Shown here piece by piece: positions 59,538-64,000 of a DNA stretch of 64,000 nucleotides. The first letter of the stretch is position 1; each line of letters begins with the position of its first letter. The notes under the pieces were generated by a model. It searched no databases, was not told the DNA's origin, and worked only from the letters and a program-made list of their open reading frames with translations. Both the position numbers and the translations under genes were made by a program. Origin of the DNA: Tagaea sp. (GTDB lineage Bacteria; Pseudomonadota; Alphaproteobacteria; CACIAM-22H2); the NCBI GenBank assembly GCA_965279525.1, contig CBDIIB010000003.1:448001-512000 (forward strand), written 5' to 3'.

Positions 59538-61928
59538 ATGTCGATCGCCAAACCGTTCGCCACGCCGGTTCCCGATTCACGCCGGCCGATGGCGCCCGAT
59601 CCGGGTTCGCTGCCGTCGGCGGGCAACCTTGCGATCCTGAAGGCGATCGAACGCAAGGTTCTGTGGCTGTCGAGCTGGACGATCCACAACGCCAACAAGA
59701 TCCGCGCCTCGCGCGACGGGCTCAAGGTCGGCGGCCACCAGGCTTCGTCGGCATCCATGGCGACGCTGATGACGGCGCTCTATTGCGCGGTGCTGCGCCC
59801 GCAGGACCGCGTCGCGGTCAAGCCGCACGCCTCGCCGGTCTTCCATGCGATCCAGTACCTGCTCGGGCACCAGACACGCGAGAAGCTCGAGCGGTTCCGC
59901 GCACTCGGCGGCGCGCAGAGCTATCCTTCGCGCACCAAGGACATCGACGACGTCGATTTTTCGACCGGCTCGGTCGGGCTCGGCGTGGCCGAGACGCTGT
60001 TCGCCTCGATCACCCAGGATTACGTGCGCCTCAAGGGGCTTGCCGCACCCGATTGGCCGGAGGGCCGGATGATCGCGCTGGTCGGCGATGCCGAGTTCGA
60101 CGAGGGGAACATCTTCGAGGCGATGCTCGAAGGCTGGAAGCACGACGTGCGGAATCTCTGGTGGATCATCGACTACAATCGGCAGAGCCTCGACAGCACC
60201 GTCTCCGACCATCTGTTCCAGCGCATCGTCGGCACGTTCGAATCGATCGGCTGGCGCGTCATCGTCCTGAAATACGGCAAGCTTCTGGAAGCGGCATTCG
60301 CGCGGCCGGGCGGGGAAGCGCTGCGCCGGTGGATCGACGAATGTCCGAACTCGCTCTATTCGGCCCTCACCTACAAGGGCGGCCCTGCGTGGCGCCAGTC
60401 GCTCGAGCGCGATCTGGGCAGCGAGCCGGGCATCCGCGAGATCCTCGCTTCCTACAACGACGACGACGCGCTCCACCGGCTGATGACGAACCTCGCCGGG
60501 CACGACATGGAAAGCGTGCTCGAGGCCTATGCCGACGCCGCGTCGACCGACCGGCCGACCGTGATCGTCGCATACACGATCAAGGGGCACGGGCTCGCCT
60601 TTGCCGGGCACAAGGACAACCATGCCGGCTTGATGAACGCCGAGCAGATCGACGGGTTCCGCCGGACGATGGGGATCGCACCCGGTGCCGAGTGGGACCG
60701 GCTTTCCGGTTTCGACGATCCCGCAGCGGCCGAGCGGTTCCTGGCACAGGTGCCGTTCGCGAAGGTTTTCCCGCGCCGTCTGGCGACGTCGCCGGTTCCC
60801 ATCCCCGACGACTTCCCGATCCCGGTCGCGGACAGGCCGACGAGCACGCAGGAAGGCTTCGGGCGCGTGCTCTACGAGCTTGCCGGCGGCAGCAGCGAAC
60901 TGGCGCGGCGCATCGCCACGACGTCGCCGGACGTCACGGTGTCGACCAATCTCGGCGGCTGGGTCAACCGGCGCGGGATCTTCGACCGGCACGATCGCAC
61001 CGACACGTTCAAGGCCGAGAAGGTCGTCTCCGCACAGTCGTGGAACATGAGTCCCGCCGGCCAGCATGTCGAACTCGGCATCGCGGAGAACAACCTGTTC
61101 TTGATGCTGGGTGCGCTTGGCCTCGCCGGCGACCATTTCGGCGCGCGCCTGCTGCCGGTCGGCACGCTCTACGACCCGTTCATCAACCGAGGTCTCGATG
61201 CGCTGACTTATGCCTGCTACCAGGACGCGCGCTTCATCGTCGTGGCGACACCCTCGGGCGTGACGCTTGCCCCCGAGGGCGGCGCCCACCAGTCGGTCGG
61301 CACGCCCTTGGTCGGGATCGGTGCGCCGGGGCTCGTCTATTTCGAGCCGGCCTTCGTCGATGAACTTGCCCACATCCTTCGCTGGGGTTTCGCGCACATG
61401 CAGGCGCCGGACGGTGCTTCAGTCTATCTGCGCCTGTCGACGCGCCCGCTTGTCCAGCCGGTACGCGCGGACAGTTCGTGGATCGCCGACTGTCTGGCCG
61501 GCGCCTACTGGCTGGTGGAACCGGCGCCGGGGAGCGAACTGGCGGTCGCCTATGTCGGGCCGGTGGCGCCCGAAGCCATCGAGGCGCACGCAGCGCTGCT
61601 TGAAGACGTGCCGGGGGCGGGGCTTCTCGCCGTGACCTCGCCCGACCGGCTGCACGCGGACTGGCGCATGCGCGGGGCCGACGGCCATGCGGCGCGGCTG
61701 CTGGCGCGGCTGGCATCCGATGCGGGGATCGTCACCGTCATCGACGGGCATCCGGCGGCGCTGTCGTGGCTGGGTGGTGTGTCGGGCCAGCGCGTGCGGG
61801 CACTGGGCGTGGAAAGTTTCGGCCAGTCGGCCGACATTCCGGATCTCTATCGCCTCAAGGGTCTCGATGCCGGGGCCATTCTCGATGCGGCGGCGGCATT
61901 GCTCGTCGATCGCGCGCGCGCCAAATGA
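59538..61928 (+). CDS. AceE-like ThDP-dependent 2-oxoacid dehydrogenase E1 / transketolase-like protein
   Basis: KVGGHQAS, STGSVGLG, GDAEFDEG...YN ThDP motif, ELGIAE, EGGAHQS. Confidence 0.85.
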   Translation: MSIAKPFATPVPDSRRPMAPDPGSLPSAGNLAILKAIERKVLWLSSWTIHNANKIRASRDGLKVGGHQASSASMATLMTALYCAVLRPQDRVAVKPHASPVFHAIQYLLGHQTREKLERFRALGGAQSYPSRTKDIDDVDFSTGSVGLGVAETLFASITQDYVRLKGLAAPDWPEGRMIALVGDAEFDEGNIFEAMLEGWKHDVRNLWWIIDYNRQSLDSTVSDHLFQRIVGTFESIGWRVIVLKYGKLLEAAFARPGGEALRRWIDECPNSLYSALTYKGGPAWRQSLERDLGSEPGIREILASYNDDDALHRLMTNLAGHDMESVLEAYADAASTDRPTVIVAYTIKGHGLAFAGHKDNHAGLMNAEQIDGFRRTMGIAPGAEWDRLSGFDDPAAAERFLAQVPFAKVFPRRLATSPVPIPDDFPIPVADRPTSTQEGFGRVLYELAGGSSELARRIATTSPDVTVSTNLGGWVNRRGIFDRHDRTDTFKAEKVVSAQSWNMSPAGQHVELGIAENNLFLMLGALGLAGDHFGARLLPVGTLYDPFINRGLDALTYACYQDARFIVVATPSGVTLAPEGGAHQSVGTPLVGIGAPGLVYFEPAFVDELAHILRWGFAHMQAPDGASVYLRLSTRPLVQPVRADSSWIADCLAGAYWLVEPAPGSELAVAYVGPVAPEAIEAHAALLEDVPGAGLLAVTSPDRLHADWRMRGADGHAARLLARLASDAGIVTVIDGHPAALSWLGGVSGQRVRALGVESFGQSADIPDLYRLKGLDAGAILDAAAALLVDRARAK

Positions 61929-61960
61929 AAAGGGCCCCGCCGGCGCGCGGGGCCCTTCTA
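61928..61960. terminator. bidirectional terminator between the ThDP enzyme and flagellin
   Basis: AAGGGCCCCGC-CGGCGC-GCGGGGCCCTT with A-run and T-rich flanks. Confidence 0.8.
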
Positions 61961-62001
61961 TTGTTGGCTCGGTGGTTTGTCGACGTCAGCCGTACGTTGC
62001 C

Positions 62002-62823
62002 TTAGCGGAAGAGTCCGAGAAGGACGGACGGCTGCTGGTTGGCGATGGACAGCGACTGGATGCCGAGCTGCTGGCGAACCTGCAGCGCCTGCACCGCAGC
62101 GGCCGACTTGCCGATGTCAGCGTCGACGATGGCACCGAGGCCGGTCGTCGTGGAGTCCACGATCGCGTTCACGAAGCCCGACTGCAGCGTGAGCGTACGC
62201 GTTTCGGCAGCGTTGGAACCGAGCGAGGTCGCAACGGCCTGCTGGAACGTGTTGAGCGACGTGAGTGCGAGCGACGCAGCCGAAGCCGACGTGACCGACG
62301 AACCGTTGAAGGTCGTGAAGGCCGCGTTGACCGAGGACTGCGAGGTCATCGTGAGGGTCGTGGCAGTCGTGTCGGCAAGGAACGTCTTGGCGACCGAACC
62401 GGCCGACAGGAGGTTGGTGCCGTTGTAGTTCGCCTGGCTGATGAAGTTGTTGACCTGGCTCGTCATGGCGTTGAAGTCGGCGGTGTAGATCGTGCGCTGG
62501 TTGGCGGAGATCGACCCGTCGGCGAGCTGCGTGATCTTGGCCTGCAGGTTGCCGATGAGGTCGGAGATGTTGGTCAGCGCCGCCTGGGTGACGGAGCCGA
62601 GGCCAACGCCGTTGGCGAGAGAACCCTGCACGGCCGTGTAGGCCTGCAGGTTGCCGCGGATACCCTGCGCGACCGAGAAGGTCGACGCGTCATCCGACGC
62701 ATCCGCCACTCGATAGCCGGTCTGGACCTGCTTCGATGCGACGTTGAGTGCGGTTTGGGTGCTACGCAGCGAGGACAATGCGAGCATTGCGCCCACATTG
62801 GTATTGACTGAATTGGCAGCCAT
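62002..62823 (-). CDS. short flagellin (273 aa)
   Basis: SVNTNVGA, TGYRVADASDD, NGTNLL, IVDAD, LQVRQQLG..SLSIANQQP..LLGLFR. Confidence 0.93.
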   Translation of the reverse strand: MAANSVNTNVGAMLALSSLRSTQTALNVASKQVQTGYRVADASDDASTFSVAQGIRGNLQAYTAVQGSLANGVGLGSVTQAALTNISDLIGNLQAKITQLADGSISANQRTIYTADFNAMTSQVNNFISQANYNGTNLLSAGSVAKTFLADTTATTLTMTSQSSVNAAFTTFNGSSVTSASAASLALTSLNTFQQAVATSLGSNAAETRTLTLQSGFVNAIVDSTTTGLGAIVDADIGKSAAAVQALQVRQQLGIQSLSIANQQPSVLLGLFR

Positions 62824-63011
62824 TTTTTGGTCCCTTTCTGGTCAGTTGGTTTCGACTTCTGTCGAACCTGGAGTTCATGTCGTTCGGTTTTTCGGGTTTC
62901 CCCGAAGAATGCGAACAGGTCACGCCGGACCCACGAACTACCGAGCAATTACACACTACGGGAAAACATGCGGTTACACAAGTAGCTCATAATATTGGGT
63001 TTATTGCGCTT

Positions 63012-63027
63012 TTAAATATATATTAAC
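63012..63027. promoter_or_regulatory. CtrA box upstream of flagellin
   Basis: TTAA-ATATATA-TTAAC, exact TTAA-N7-TTAA. Confidence 0.65.
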
Positions 63028-63089
63028 TTAAATTTTAAATATAGATGCCGAAGGTTGAATATCGTGTTGATTTCGGAGAACAGGCGGGA

Positions 63090-63923
63090 TTAGCGGACGA
63101 AACCGAGGAGCGCGCTTGGCTGCCGGTTGGCGATCGACAGGCTCGAGAAGGCGAGCTGCTGGCCGACCCCGCGTGCCGACGACTGGGCGGAAGCGGCCCC
63201 GATGTCGGCATCGACGAGTGCGCCGAGGCCGATCTGGATGGCATCGACCGTCGAATCGATCTGGGAGGATTGCTGGCTCAGCGTGCGCGTCTCGGCCGCG
63301 TTCTGGCCCGATGCCTGGCCAAGCGTCGTCTGGAACGTCTGGAGGGCGCCGAGGGTCGCGACCGCACCGGCCGACGACGACGTGTCGATGGCGCCCTGGA
63401 AGGCGGTAAGGCCGGTGCCGACCTGGCTCTGGCTCGACACGGTCAGCGAGCTGCCGCTCGTGTCGGCAAGGAAGCTTGTCGAGGGCGCACCTGTCTGCAG
63501 CAGGTTCGTGCCGTTGAAGCTCGCCTGCTGGACGGTGTTCTGGAGCTGGCTGCTCAACGCCTGCACGTCCGCCGAATAGATCGCCCGCTGCTCGGCCGAG
63601 ATCGATCCGTCGGCAAGGCTCGTCAGTTTCTGCTGGAGCTGGTTGGTGAGATCCGTCGCCTGGCTGATCGCGGCCTGCGTGACGGCTCCAAGGCCGGCCC
63701 CGTTGGCAAGCGAACCCTGGACCGCGCTGAATGCCTGGATTTCGCCGCGCAGGCCTTGGGCAACGGCGAAGGTCGACGCGCCGTCGGCCGCATCGGCGAC
63801 CTTGAAGGCGGTCTGCAGCTGCTTTTGCGCGACCTGCAGGCCCGCCTGCTGCGTGCGCGCCGACGACAGCGCGCGAAACGAAGCGGGATTGGTATTGACG
63901 GAGTTGCCGATCGATCCGGTCAT
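63090..63923 (-). CDS. short flagellin paralogue (277 aa)
   Basis: SVNTNP, FKVADAAD, FNGTNLL, LVDADIG, SLSIANRQP..LLGFVR. Confidence 0.9.
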   Translation of the reverse strand: MTGSIGNSVNTNPASFRALSSARTQQAGLQVAQKQLQTAFKVADAADGASTFAVAQGLRGEIQAFSAVQGSLANGAGLGAVTQAAISQATDLTNQLQQKLTSLADGSISAEQRAIYSADVQALSSQLQNTVQQASFNGTNLLQTGAPSTSFLADTSGSSLTVSSQSQVGTGLTAFQGAIDTSSSAGAVATLGALQTFQTTLGQASGQNAAETRTLSQQSSQIDSTVDAIQIGLGALVDADIGAASAQSSARGVGQQLAFSSLSIANRQPSALLGFVR

Positions 63924-64000
63924 GATCGGATATTACAGGATGTGGTGCGTTTTGAGGAGTCCCTCGTCGTCAAGTGCCTCATCCTACAAACGAAACGGGG

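Noticed and set aside
63029-63054. sigma28 promoter TAAA-N14-GCCGAAGG
   Set aside because: On the strand opposite the flagellins, wrong spacing, inside an AT-rich tract.

Overview
GC-rich alphaproteobacterial chromosomal window (Rhodospirillales-like gene content; inference). It is densely coding, with no rRNA/tRNA genes, transposases, prophage or CRISPR array. In order: end of the pst operon (pstB with an apparent frameshift, phoU, phoB); an Opp/Dpp-type ABC transporter with an MlrC peptidase and amidases; a MarR-linked hydrolase/acyl-CoA dehydrogenase/CoA-ligase unit; atzF-amidase-puuE-marC; potFGHI; an M23 peptidase-bactofilin pair; ureDABCEFG plus an M20 amidohydrolase; a PleC/DivJ-like kinase; uraH-puuD; phoX with a Pho box; a 2-aminobenzoate (abm)-like CoA catabolic cluster with a Liv-type ABC transporter; an AceE-like ThDP enzyme; and two short flagellins. 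Best leads: (1) a self-contained ~330-nt transcription unit at 46003-46366 with a 17-nt exact complement to the 16S 3' end before a 39-codon ORF; (2) an abm-like cluster with no AbmA monooxygenase but an Fe-S flavin oxidoreductase fused to a fibronectin-III-like domain and a Cys-rich mini-protein; (3) a PuuD lacking its cytochrome c domain; (4) an AT-rich structured non-coding element with a boxA-like motif at 44750-44930. All family calls come from motif recognition by eye; no database search was run.
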